Below, piece after piece: positions 16,025 through 24,811 of a stretch of DNA of 36,831 bases (position 1 is its first letter; each line of letters opens with the position of its first letter). This DNA is from Candidatus Methylomirabilota bacterium (lineage in GTDB: Bacteria > Methylomirabilota > Methylomirabilia > Methylomirabilales > 2-02-FULL-66-22). The notes beneath the pieces are model-generated. The model ran no database searches, had not been told where the DNA came from, and worked only from the letters and a program-made list of their open reading frames with translations. The stretch covers positions 1 to 36,831 of the forward strand of contig JACQXP010000125.1 of the NCBI GenBank assembly GCA_016208645.1. Direction: 5' to 3'. A program made the position numbers and the translations under genes.

Positions 16025-16989
16025 CGGTCATGCCCGCCTCCCTGGTCACGGGCGCCGCGGGATTCATCGGCTCGCACCTGTGCGAGCGCCTCCTTCAGGC
16101 GGGTCACCGGGTCGTCGGCCTGGACGCCTTCACGGACTATTATCCCCGGGCGGTCAAGGAGGCGAACCTCGGCACGCTTCGGACCCGCCCCGACTTCCGG
16201 TTCCTGGAGGTGGATCTGGCGCGGGCCGACCTCGCGCCGGTCGTGGCCGAGGCCGACTTCATCTTCCACCAGGCCGGACAGCCCGGCGTCCGCGCGAGCT
16301 GGGGCAGGGAATTCGACGTGTACGTCGAGCACAACATCCGGGCGACGCAGCGCCTGCTCGAAGCGGCCAGGGGATCGGCCCGCCTCCAGCGACTGGTATT
16401 TGCGTCCTCCTCTTCGGTATACGGGGAGACATCCGACCTGCCGCTCCGGGAACACTCTCCGACGCGCCCGTTCTCGCCGTACGGCGTGACCAAGCTGGCG
16501 GCCGAACACCTGTGCTCCCTGTACCACGCCAATTACGGGCTCCCCACGGTGGCCCTGCGCTATTTCACCGTCTACGGGCCAAGGCAGCGGCCGGACATGG
16601 CCTTCCACAAGTTCATACGGGCGGCGCTCCAGGACCGGCCCATCGTCCTGTACGGGGACGGGGAGCAGACCCGCGACTTCACCTACGTGGGTGACGCCGT
16701 GGAGGCGAATTGGCTGGCCCTGGCTCCCCGCGCGGTGGGGCAGGTGTTCAACATCGGCGGCGGCTCCCGCTGCAGCGTCATCCAGGTCCTGGCCAGCCTG
16801 GAGGAGATCCTGGGGCGGCCCATCCGTCGCGACCAGCGCCCGACCCCGCCGGGGGACGTCCGCCACACCTGGGCGGACACCACCCGCGCCCGCGAGGTCC
16901 TGGGGTTCTCGCCCCGCGCTTCCCTCCAGGAGGGTCTGGCCCGCCAGGTGGCATGGCTCCGGATGACCGCCCCCCCGGAGAGCGGATAG
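16021..16989 (+). CDS. NAD-dependent nucleotide-sugar epimerase/dehydratase (extended SDR; resembles UDP-glucuronate 4-epimerase-type enzymes)
   Basis: TGAAGFIGSHL Rossmann motif and catalytic YGVTKLAAE (YxxxK). YFTVYGPRQRPDMAFHKF...GDGEQTRDFTYVGD is also present. The ATGA overlap with the upstream stop suggests coupling. Confidence 0.85.
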   Translation: MTVMPASLVTGAAGFIGSHLCERLLQAGHRVVGLDAFTDYYPRAVKEANLGTLRTRPDFRFLEVDLARADLAPVVAEADFIFHQAGQPGVRASWGREFDVYVEHNIRATQRLLEAARGSARLQRLVFASSSSVYGETSDLPLREHSPTRPFSPYGVTKLAAEHLCSLYHANYGLPTVALRYFTVYGPRQRPDMAFHKFIRAALQDRPIVLYGDGEQTRDFTYVGDAVEANWLALAPRAVGQVFNIGGGSRCSVIQVLASLEEILGRPIRRDQRPTPPGDVRHTWADTTRAREVLGFSPRASLQEGLARQVAWLRMTAPPESG

Positions 16990-17275
16990 CTCTCGCCTCG
17001 ACATCCACCTTTCTCGCACCTCCACCTCGCTGCCAGGGCTATCCAGATTCCCCGACGGTCCATCGGCCCTATCGGGGCAGCTTCCTTCCTGCCTCTTCGC
17101 TTGGACCGAAAGGACCGTGTCCCGAGACAATCTCTGGAAAGACCTTGACGCTCCCCATCGGTTCAATTGAACATGTATGGAGGGGCGAGCTTGTGGGACC
17201 ATCGGGGGGCCGTGATGGATCGAGCGGGCTCCACTGCGGGGGCCGGGACGAACGGGGAGGGGGAGGAGGAGCGTC

Positions 17276-18350
17276 ATGAAGCGCATGGGGTGGATTTCGA
17301 TGCTCGCCATTGCCCTGGTATGCATGGCGACGTCAGCCAGCGTCGCCGGTGAGGTCATCAAGGTGGGGTTGCCCCTCCCGCTCACGGGCATCCATGCCAA
17401 GTTTGGCGAGGCCATTCGGAATGCCTACCTGCTGGGCCTGGAGGAGATCACCGCGGCCGGCGGCGTGACCAAGGGGGCGTTCAAAGGGAGCAAGATCGAG
17501 CTCCTCATCGAGGACACCACCAGCAAGCCAGAGGTGGCGCGCTCGGCGGTGGAGAAGTTGATCACGCGGGACAAGGTTCCGATGATCGTCGGCGAGTATT
17601 CGAGCTCCAACACCTTCGCCGTGGCGGCCGTGGCCGATAAGTTCCAGATCCCGTATCTCTCCCAGACCGGGGCGGCCGATAACATCACGTCGCAGGGGTG
17701 GAAGTGGATCTTCCGGGTTAACCAGCCCGCCAGCGAGTACGCCGGAGGCCTAGCCCTACGAGGCGGGGGCCATTGACTTCAAACCGATGCTGCTCAAGGT
17801 GAAGGCCAAGAGCCCGGACGTGGTGTTCATGGTCTCCTATCTCATGGACGCCATGCTCCTGATGCGGCAGTCGAAAGAGTTGGACATCAACCCCAAGATC
17901 TTCGCCGGGGGCGCCGCCGGCTTCACCATGCCGGAGTTCATCGAGGGGGCCAGGGGGGCCGCGGAGCTGGTCTATTCCGCCACCCTCTGGGCGCCCGACG
18001 TGAAGTACAAGGGGGCCAGGGAGTTCTACGACAAATACTACAAGAAGTACGGGGTGCATCCCGAGTACCACTCCACCGAGGGATACGCGGCGGCCTACGT
18101 CCTGAAGGATGTTCTGGAGCGGACGAAGTCGCTGAAAAACGAGGACCTGCGGGAGGCCCTGGCCGCGACCGACCTGATGACCCCCTTCGGTCCCGTGAAG
18201 TTCGTGGCGTACAAGAAGTTCACCAACCAGAACCATCTGCCGACGCTCCTGGTCCAGATCCAGAAGGGGAAGCTGGTGACCGTCTGGCCGAAGGAGTTTG
18301 CCGCGGCGGACTACGTGTACCCGGTGCCCAAGTGGGCCGAGCGGAAGTAA
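17276..18350 (+). pseudogene. Branched-chain amino-acid (Leu/Ile/Val-type) ABC substrate-binding protein, internally deleted and frameshifted
   Basis: Two ORFs (17276-17776 and 17787-18350) lie in different frames. The first has a signal peptide and reaches WIFRVNQPASEYAGGL. The second frame opens after TAG 17751-17753 as PYEAGAIDFKPMLLKVKAKSPDVVF. The segment normally between these motifs is absent. Confidence 0.7.
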
Positions 18351-18352
18351 TT

Positions 18353-18469
18353 GAAAATTTCAAACTGACAATGGAAAACCGACAACGGGGCCGGACGTAG
18401 TTCGGCCCACAGGCGCCGGGCACCCGGGGATTGTTCATTGCCCGTTGTCGGTTCTCCATTTTTCATTGC
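18353..18469 (+). repeat. Inverted GACAAnn / CGTTGTC-type arrays
   Basis: Left arm: GAAAATT TCAAACT GACAATG GAAAACC GACAACG (18353-18387). aatggaaaaccgacaacggg pairs with cccgttgtcggttctccatt (18441-18460) at 19 of 20 positions. It shares CCGTTGTCGGTT and TTTTTCATTGC with 28290-28330. Confidence 0.85.
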
Positions 18470-18480
18470 AAGGCCGCATC

Positions 18481-19359
18481 ATGGACTTGACTATCCTGCT
18501 CCAGACCGTCCTGGCCGGCGTCCTTGTCGGGGGGCTCTACGGCCTCATCGGCATGGGGATGGCGATCAACTTCGGCGTCCTCCGCATCATCAACCTGGCC
18601 CAGGGCGAGCTGTTGATGGTCGGCATGTATGTCTGCTACTGGGTCTTCACGCTCTGGGGCCTCGACCCGCTCCTCTCCCCCGTGGTGACGATTCCGTTCC
18701 TATTTGTGCTGGGAGTCGTCATCCACCGGTTCCTCCTGACCCCGCTCATCCGGGCGCGGGCGCTCCCGGAGAATCAGATCCTGCTGACGGTGGGGGTTGG
18801 GCTGGTGTTGACCAACGCGGCCCTCCTGGCCTTCACCTCTAACTACCGCACCATCACCACAAGCTATTCGGCCTCGCTGATCACGCTGGGCTCCATCGCC
18901 GTCAGCCTCCCGGCCGTGCTGGCCTTCGGCATCGCCATGCTGGTCTCCTCGGCGCTATGGCTCTTCCTGATGAAGACCGACCTGGGCAAGTGCATCCGGG
19001 CCACGGCCCAGGATCCGGATGCCGCCCTGCTGATGGGGGTCAACGTCGAGCGGATCTCCGTCATCACCTTCGGCATCGGCGCCGCCCTGGAGGGGGCCGC
19101 GGGATCCCTCCTGGTCCTCGTCTACTACCTGTTCCCGGCCCTGGGCGGCATCTTCACCCTCAAGGCGTTCATCGTGGTGGTCCTGGGCGGCCTGGGGAGT
19201 ACCCTGGGGGCCCTCCTGGGGGGGATCGTCCTGGGCCTGGCAGAATCGTTGGGGGCGGTCTTCGTCTCCACCGGCTATAAGGATGCCATCGGCTTCATCG
19301 TCTTCGTCCTCATGTTGATCTTCCGGCCCGCCGGCCTGGTGGGCAAGGCGCGGATGTAA
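18481..19359 (+). CDS. livH: Branched-chain amino-acid ABC transporter permease (LivH type)
   Basis: Starts MDLTILLQTVLAGVLVGGLYGLIGMGMAINFGV and is polytopic. The ORF-track start at 18445 lies inside the repeat arm. Confidence 0.85.
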   Translation: MDLTILLQTVLAGVLVGGLYGLIGMGMAINFGVLRIINLAQGELLMVGMYVCYWVFTLWGLDPLLSPVVTIPFLFVLGVVIHRFLLTPLIRARALPENQILLTVGVGLVLTNAALLAFTSNYRTITTSYSASLITLGSIAVSLPAVLAFGIAMLVSSALWLFLMKTDLGKCIRATAQDPDAALLMGVNVERISVITFGIGAALEGAAGSLLVLVYYLFPALGGIFTLKAFIVVVLGGLGSTLGALLGGIVLGLAESLGAVFVSTGYKDAIGFIVFVLMLIFRPAGLVGKARM

Positions 19360-19368
19360 GGGGCCTTC

Positions 19369-20349
19369 ATGGCGGCGCGGGGGGGAAAGGGCTGGCGTTG
19401 GGGTGGGGCGGTCCTGGGTGTGGCTGTGCTCCTGGGGTTCCCGATCGTTGTGTCCGACGTGTACCTGCAGCACCTGGCCATCTTCTTTTTGCTCTGGGTG
19501 ACGCTGGGCACGAGCTGGAACCTGCTGGGCGGATACGCGGGCCAGATCTCCTTCGGGCACGCCGCCTTCTTCGGCATGGGGGCCTACACCTCCAGCCTTC
19601 TCTTTGCGAAGCTGGGATTTCCCCCGTGGCCAGGGATGCTGCTGGGGGGCGTGGCGGGGATCCTCCTGGCCCTCCCCATGGGTCACATCTGCTTCCGCCT
19701 GCGGGGACCGTTCTTTGCCCTGTCCATGCTGGCCCTCTCGGAGTTCCTCCGACTCGTAACCCTGAACTGGCGCGATCTCACGGAAGGGGCGGTGGGGATC
19801 CTGCTGCCGCCCTTCTTCATCAGCAAGCTGCCCTATTACTACATCGCCCTGGCCCTGGCGGCCGCGACCATGCTGGCCACGTGGTTCCTGGTGGATTCCA
19901 AGGTAGGGTTCTACCTGCTGGCCATCCGGGAAGACCAGGACGCGGCCGAGGCCCTCGGCATCGACACCACCTGGTACAAACTGGTGGCCCTCATGGTGAG
20001 CGCCTTCTTCTCGGCGATGGCTGGAAGCTACTACGCCAACTACATGGCCTACATCGATCCACCGATCGTGTTTTCCATCGTGGACATCTCCATCGCCATG
20101 ATCCTGGTGGCGGTGCTGGGCGGGATGGGCACGCTGTGGGGCCCCGTCGTGGGAGCCCTGGTCATCGTGACCCTGTCGGAGGCCTTCCGCGCCTACTTCG
20201 CCGCCGCCCACCTGATCGTGTACGGGGTCCTCATCATCGTGGTCATCGTCTTCATGCCCGAGGGCATCGTCGGGAGCTTGGCCGCCCGGGGGCCGCGGTG
20301 GCTCCGGCCTCGGATGGCAACGGACGCGCCCGGGGCCAGCCAGGGGTGA
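19369..20349 (+). CDS. livM: Branched-chain amino-acid ABC transporter permease (LivM type)
   Basis: 326 aa and polytopic, with GGYAGQISFGHAAFFGMGAY, a LivM-type motif. Confidence 0.85.
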   Translation: MAARGGKGWRWGGAVLGVAVLLGFPIVVSDVYLQHLAIFFLLWVTLGTSWNLLGGYAGQISFGHAAFFGMGAYTSSLLFAKLGFPPWPGMLLGGVAGILLALPMGHICFRLRGPFFALSMLALSEFLRLVTLNWRDLTEGAVGILLPPFFISKLPYYYIALALAAATMLATWFLVDSKVGFYLLAIREDQDAAEALGIDTTWYKLVALMVSAFFSAMAGSYYANYMAYIDPPIVFSIVDISIAMILVAVLGGMGTLWGPVVGALVIVTLSEAFRAYFAAAHLIVYGVLIIVVIVFMPEGIVGSLAARGPRWLRPRMATDAPGASQG

Positions 20350-20353
20350 TGAT

Positions 20354-21088
20354 ATGGGCTGGATGCTGGATGTCCGGAAGCTCTCCAAGGTCTTCGGCGG
20401 CCTCCCGGCCCTTGTGAACGTGGATTTTGGCATCGCCCCCGGGGAGATCGTCGGCCTCATCGGCCCCAACGGCGCCGGAAAGACCACGCTCTTCAATGTC
20501 ATCACCGGGGTGTTCCGGCCGACCTCCGGGGAGATCCTCTTCGAAGGGAAGAACCTGGTGGGCCTGAAGCCCCATGACATCTGCCGGCTCGGCATCACGC
20601 GCACCTTCCAGGTGGTGAAACCGCTTCCGAAGATGACGGTCCTGGAAAACGTCATGGTGGGGGCCTTCGCCCGGGTCGGGACCAAGGAAGAGGCGCGGGA
20701 GATTGCTCTCCGCGAGCTTGAGTTCACCGGCCTCCTCCCCAAGCGTGACGCCCTGGCCCGCAGCCTGACCCTGGCCGACCGCAAACTGCTCGAGCTGACC
20801 CGTGCCGTGGCCACCCGCCCGAAGCTCATCCTGCTGGACGAAGTGGTGGCGGGCCTGAACCCGACGGAGACCGAGGAGACCATCACCCTCATCCAGCGGC
20901 TTCCCGAACGGGGGATCGCCGCGGTGGCGGGGGTGGAACACGTGATGCGGGTCATCATGACGATCTCCCATCGCATCGTGGTCCTGAATTACGGGCGGAA
21001 GATTGCCCAGGGCTCCCCCGAGGAGGTGGGCCACAACCCGGAGGTGATCGAGGCCTATCTGGGAGAGGCGTATGCTGAGACTGCGTGA
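20354..21088 (+). CDS. livG: Branched-chain amino-acid ABC transporter ATP-binding protein (LivG type)
   Basis: Walker A GPNGAGKTT, a LivG-type insertion, and Walker B LILLDE. Confidence 0.9.
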   Translation: MGWMLDVRKLSKVFGGLPALVNVDFGIAPGEIVGLIGPNGAGKTTLFNVITGVFRPTSGEILFEGKNLVGLKPHDICRLGITRTFQVVKPLPKMTVLENVMVGAFARVGTKEEAREIALRELEFTGLLPKRDALARSLTLADRKLLELTRAVATRPKLILLDEVVAGLNPTETEETITLIQRLPERGIAAVAGVEHVMRVIMTISHRIVVLNYGRKIAQGSPEEVGHNPEVIEAYLGEAYAETA

Positions 21089-21776
21089 CGTGCGGGTGTT
21101 CTACGGCGACATGCAAGCCCTCCACGACGTCTCCCTCGAGATCGAGCAGGGGGAGATCGTGGCGCTGGTGGGGGCCAACGGGGCCGGCAAGACCACCGCA
21201 CTCAGGACGATCTCCGGGCTGCTCCGGCCGGCGGCAGGACGCATCGAGTTCGACGGGACCCGCCTGGACGCCGTCCCGGCCCACGAGGTGGCGAGGCTGG
21301 GCATCGCCCACGTCCCCGAGGGACGCCGCCTCTTTCCCCTCTTGACCGTGGAGGAGAACCTGGACCTGGGCTCCATGGCCCCGGGCGCCCGGACGCGGCG
21401 AGCCGAGACGAAGGACTGGGTGCTCAAGCTGCTGCCGCGGCTGGCCGAGCGCCGCCACCAGTTGGCGGAGACCTTGAGCGGCGGCGAACAGCAAATGTGC
21501 GCCATCGCCCGCGGGCTGATGGCCCGGCCCAAGCTGTTGCTGCTGGACGAGCCCTCCCTGGGCCTTGCCCCCATCCTGGTCAACGAGGTCTTCGCCACCA
21601 TTGCGACCATCAACCGGGAGGGGGTCACGATCCTGCTGGTCGAACAGAACGTGCGGCGCTCCCTGGCGCTGGCAGGGCGGGCCTACGTTCTCGAGAACGG
21701 GCGGATCGTCCTCTCGGGCCCCACGGCGGATCTGAAGACGAATCCCCACGTAAAGAAGGCCTACCTCGGCCTGTAG
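21072..21776 (+). CDS. livF: Branched-chain amino-acid ABC transporter ATP-binding protein (LivF type)
   Basis: Walker A GANGAGKTT, signature LSGGEQQM, and Walker B LLLLDEPS. It overlaps the livG end. Confidence 0.9.
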   Translation: MLRLRDVRVFYGDMQALHDVSLEIEQGEIVALVGANGAGKTTALRTISGLLRPAAGRIEFDGTRLDAVPAHEVARLGIAHVPEGRRLFPLLTVEENLDLGSMAPGARTRRAETKDWVLKLLPRLAERRHQLAETLSGGEQQMCAIARGLMARPKLLLLDEPSLGLAPILVNEVFATIATINREGVTILLVEQNVRRSLALAGRAYVLENGRIVLSGPTADLKTNPHVKKAYLGL

Positions 21777-21793
21777 CCCCAGGGGGCTCCCTC

Positions 21794-21843
21794 GGATTTT
21801 CGATTTTGGATTTCCGATTTGGGATTTGGAAATCCGCAATCGG
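21794..21843 (+). repeat. Phased heptamer array, GATTTnn type, seven units
   Basis: GGATTTT CGATTTT GGATTTC CGATTTG GGATTTG GAAATCC GCAATCG. It contains the mini-palindrome ggatttggaaatcc. Confidence 0.85.
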
Positions 21844-21924
21844 GTACCCTCTGGGTGTTCCGCAATCGCGCTGGGATGGCGCCCCGTAAAAACGGTAAAT
21901 GGAGGGGCGCGAGAGAGTCTCAGA

Positions 21925-22359
21925 ATGCCTGCTTCACAGAGTGAGCCTCCCAGGACAGGCCGGCGGGCGCGGATCCTCATCGCCGAGGACGACCCGGACA
22001 TGCGTGAGCTGATCAGGGCCCTCGTGGAGGACCTCGGGCTTGAGTGCGTGGCGGTCCCTGACGGGCAGGCTGCCCTGGACGAGGTGGCCGCACGGCCCCC
22101 GGACCTCATCCTCTCCGATCTCAACATGCCGCGGGTGGGCGGGATCGAACTCTGCCGTCGGGTGAAAGCCGACCCTGCCACCCGGTTCATTCCAGTCGTC
22201 CTGGTCACCGGGATCGGGGAGGAGTTCAAGGGGACGGGGGCCGATGTGGGGGCGGACGCGTTCATGGGGAAGCCCTTCGTTCTGACAGACTTCCGGGCCC
22301 GGATTTACGCCCTGCTTGGGCCGCAGGCGCTCCGCAGCCCCGATGCCGGAACGGCGTGA
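21925..22359 (+). CDS. Single-domain response regulator (CheY-like receiver)
   Basis: ILIAEDDPDMREL, the phospho-acceptor context DLILSDLNMP, VVLVTG and GKPF. No output domain is present. Confidence 0.8.
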   Translation: MPASQSEPPRTGRRARILIAEDDPDMRELIRALVEDLGLECVAVPDGQAALDEVAARPPDLILSDLNMPRVGGIELCRRVKADPATRFIPVVLVTGIGEEFKGTGADVGADAFMGKPFVLTDFRARIYALLGPQALRSPDAGTA

Positions 22360-22457
22360 GCCACCGGCGGGGCGGCGGTTTCGAGGCGCCTTTTCTGAAT
22401 CCTCTCAGTTGCGACCTTTCCGCCACGGCCCATCAGATTCCGGCAATCAACCTCGCA

Positions 22458-22485
22458 GTGACAGAGCCACCAGACGTGCTATACT
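22458..22485 (+). promoter_or_regulatory. Candidate sigma70-type promoter upstream of the Memo-like gene
   Basis: GTGACA (22458-22463), a 16-nt spacer, then TATACT (22480-22485), about 50 nt before ATG 22535. Sequence resemblance only. Confidence 0.35.
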
Positions 22486-22534
22486 CGCGCCCGGGAGGAC
22501 CGAGAGAGGCAATGTCCGGCGAAAGGGGGAGGGC

Positions 22535-23338
22535 ATGATCCGGCGATCGGCAGTGGCGGGATCGTTTTATGCCGGGACGCGGGACCGGTTGCGCCTTCAG
22601 GTGGAAGACCTCCTCCCCAGGGAAGTCACGCGGGAGCGGGCCATCGGCGTGGTGGCACCCCATGCCGGCTACGTCTATTCGGGGCGGGTGGCGGCGGCCG
22701 TCTTCTCGCGGGTGGAGTTTCCGGAGACCTTCGTGATCCTGGGCCCCAACCACACCGGTCTGGGGGCGGGCGCGGCCATCATGACCTACGGGCAGTGGGA
22801 GACCCCCCTGGGTACGGTCCGCATAGACGCGGAGCTGGGGAAGACGATCCTGGCCCACTCGTCCGTCCTGGAGGAGGATCACCTTGGCCACCTCCGCGAG
22901 CACTCCATCGAGGTGCAGCTTCCGTTCCTGCAGTATTTCGGGCGACCGTTCACGTTCGTTCCGATCTGCCTCTTCAGCCACGAGTACGCGGCGTGCCAGG
23001 ACGTGGGGCAGGCGGTGGCGAAGGCGGTGCAGGAGGCAGGCAGGCAGGTGCTGCTCGTCGCCAGCACGGACATGAGCCACTACGTCTCCCGCGAAGAGGC
23101 GACGCTGAAGGATCGAAAGGCTCTTGACGCCATCCTGGCCCTGGACCCGGAACGACTCCATCGGGTCGTGCGGCACGAGGGGATCAGCATGTGCGGATTC
23201 CACCCGACCACGGCCATGCTGGTGGCAGCCAGGGCCCTGCGCGCCACGCAGGCGGACCTCGTGATGTACACGGATTCCGGGGAAGTCACCCGGGATCTCC
23301 ACGAGGTCGTGGCGTATGCCGGCCTGGTCATCCGGTAA
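22535..23338 (+). CDS. Memo-like protein (AmmeMemoRadiSam system protein B family)
   Basis: AVAGSFYAG, VVAPHAGYVYSG, EHSIEVQLPFLQY and STDMSHY fit the Memo/extradiol-dioxygenase-B-like fold family. The RBS is AAGGGGGAGGG. Confidence 0.8.
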   Translation: MIRRSAVAGSFYAGTRDRLRLQVEDLLPREVTRERAIGVVAPHAGYVYSGRVAAAVFSRVEFPETFVILGPNHTGLGAGAAIMTYGQWETPLGTVRIDAELGKTILAHSSVLEEDHLGHLREHSIEVQLPFLQYFGRPFTFVPICLFSHEYAACQDVGQAVAKAVQEAGRQVLLVASTDMSHYVSREEATLKDRKALDAILALDPERLHRVVRHEGISMCGFHPTTAMLVAARALRATQADLVMYTDSGEVTRDLHEVVAYAGLVIR

Positions 23339-23341
23339 TTG

Positions 23342-23448
23342 TGGATTGATGATTTCGGATTGACGATTTGGGATTTACGATTGTACAGTTACGACCTGAC
23401 GCGAGCCACTGCCGGAATCTCAATCATCAATCATCAATCTGCAATCTG
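23342..23448 (+). repeat. Inverted GGATTG/CGATTT (left arm 23342-23383) and CAATCnn (right arm 23414-23448) heptamer arrays
   Basis: Six phased units on the left and five on the right. The right arm contains CTCAATCATCAATCATCAATC (23419-23439), identical to 24716-24736. It abuts the ferredoxin RBS (GGAGGAGGAGGAGGG). Confidence 0.85.
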
Positions 23449-23466
23449 GAGGAGGAGGAGGGCAGG

Positions 23467-23808
23467 ATGACATACGTCGTGGCGGAGCCGTGCATCGGGA
23501 CCAAGGACCACGCTTGCGTAGACGTCTGCCCGGTCGAATGCTTCTACGAGGGGGAGGAGATGCTGTACATCCACCCCGAGGAGTGCATTGACTGCGGGGC
23601 GTGCGTGCCGGAGTGCCCGGTGGCGGCCATCTTCGAAGAGAGCGACGTCCCCGAGCAGTGGAAAGAGTACATCGCCAAGAACGCGGAGGTGTTCAAGGGT
23701 GACGCCGCGCTTCCGAAGGCCCCCACCCGGGAAAAATGGGAGGAGGCGAGGAAGGATCCGGCCAGCGACGCGGCGAAGTACTACGAGAAGTACCCGCCCA
23801 AGCATTAG
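23467..23808 (+). CDS. fdxA: 7Fe-type ferredoxin ([3Fe-4S][4Fe-4S], FdxA-like) with a charged C-terminal extension
   Basis: Starts [29 protein letters not shown], followed by [12 protein letters not shown]. This is the cysteine pattern of FdxA-type ferredoxins. Confidence 0.85.
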   Translation: MTYVVAEPCIGTKDHACVDVCPVECFYEGEEMLYIHPEECIDCGACVPECPVAAIFEESDVPEQWKEYIAKNAEVFKGDAALPKAPTREKWEEARKDPASDAAKYYEKYPPKH

Positions 23809-23827
23809 GCGGCCGTTCCGGCACCCT

Positions 23828-23860
23828 GCAGAGGCGCAGAGGAGCCGAGGAGCAGAGGGG
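23828..23860 (+). repeat. 8-nt-period array, AGCAGAGG type
   Basis: GCAGAGG CGCAGAGG AGCCGAGG AGCAGAGG GG, starting 20 nt after the ferredoxin stop. Confidence 0.65.
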
Positions 23861-24088
23861 AAGATCGGGTGTGTTCTTTTAAATCCAGGACGTTATCGAG
23901 TCTTCCTTGCCTCGTATCTGAGGGATTTGGGCCAGCCTTGATGATTCCCTTCATGTTCCGGCCAGGTGTTCAGGGGCCGGCTTCACTTTGTGCCTAATGG
24001 CCGCGCCAACTTGAGAACGAAACCGCCCGCGCGGGAGACACCTTTGCGCGATCAGGCCAGCCGCTGCTCAGGCTATGGCACCGGCGTG

Positions 24089-24121
24089 AAAAAGCCGCGT
24101 CCGCGCCTTTCGCGCGGGCGC
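24089..24121 (-). terminator. Rho-independent terminator candidate for the universal stress protein gene
   Basis: On the minus strand, a stem 24112-24121 / 24097-24106 (9 Watson-Crick pairs plus 1 G-U, 5-nt loop) is followed by GGC and U5 (A5 at 24089-24093 on the plus strand). It lies 44 nt after the stop at 24165. Confidence 0.55.
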
Positions 24122-24164
24122 AACGCTCCGTCATGTCGAGGGGTCAACCGGGTTCCTTCGGGCG

Positions 24165-24647
24165 TCAGGCAATCTGCGCCTCGGCCCAAGGTACCTGGCG
24201 GGCGACCAAAGAACGAATCAGCAGAACCGGTATCACCGTGCCCCTGACCACCTTTTCCGCAATACTCCCCATGACGAATCGATCAATGCCGCTTCGGCCG
24301 TGGGTCGCCATGGCGATCAGATCAAAACTTTTCTGCTCCGCAAAAGCGATGATCTGGCTGGCCACGTCACCTTCCAGGGCAACACAGTGGGCGGTGACGC
24401 CCTGGCCCTTCAAATCCCTCTGGATCTGTTGCAGGTAAATCAACGCCTCGGACTTGAGGGCGGCTTCGCGCTCGGCCGCGGCCTCGGGCATGGCCTCGAG
24501 CTTCGCTCCGGCACCTCCAACGGTGAACTGGACCACGGTCACCAGGGTCAGCTCGGCGCCGCTGTCCTTGGCCAGGGCTGTGGCATGGGGGAGTACCTTC
24601 TTTGCCAGCTCCGATCCGTCCAGGGGAACGAGAATCTTCTTGTACAT
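24165..24647 (-). CDS. Universal stress protein (UspA family)
   Basis: Starts MYKKILVPLDGS, with MATHGRSG...GSIAEKVV, the ATP-binding-type motif. ATG 24647 is preceded by GGGAGG. The ORF-track start at 24713 lies inside the repeat array. Confidence 0.85.
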   Translation of the reverse strand: MYKKILVPLDGSELAKKVLPHATALAKDSGAELTLVTVVQFTVGGAGAKLEAMPEAAAEREAALKSEALIYLQQIQRDLKGQGVTAHCVALEGDVASQIIAFAEQKSFDLIAMATHGRSGIDRFVMGSIAEKVVRGTVIPVLLIRSLVARQVPWAEAQIA

Positions 24648-24670
24648 GACGCCACCTCCCTTTGAAAAGC

Positions 24671-24751
24671 CGATTTTTGATTTGTGATTGTGGATTTGCG
24701 ATTGACACCCCAATCCTCAATCATCAATCATCAATCGGCAATCATAAATCC
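24671..24751. repeat. Inverted GATTnnn (24671-24706) / nCAATCn (24710-24751) heptamer arrays with a 3-nt loop
   Basis: Five and six phased units. The cores GATT/AATC are complementary while the variable positions are often mismatched (about 23 of 35 by my count). 13 of the 36 nt in the left arm are G/C. Confidence 0.85.
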
Positions 24752-24811
24752 CTCTGCCGGGAAGATGTGGCCGGGCGGCCGGATTGTCAAGGGCGCCGCC
24801 GGGGAGCGGGA

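Noticed and set aside
16990-17275. A possible riboswitch or leader upstream of the ABC transporter operon.
   Set aside because: I could not recognise any known riboswitch core or convincing conserved structure. A TTGACG at about 17144 has no well-spaced -10 partner. The region is left unannotated.
23966-24247. A 93-aa ORF in the ferredoxin-usp gap.
   Set aside because: It is Arg/Pro-rich with no RBS and overlaps both the usp 3' end and its terminator candidate. It does not look coding.
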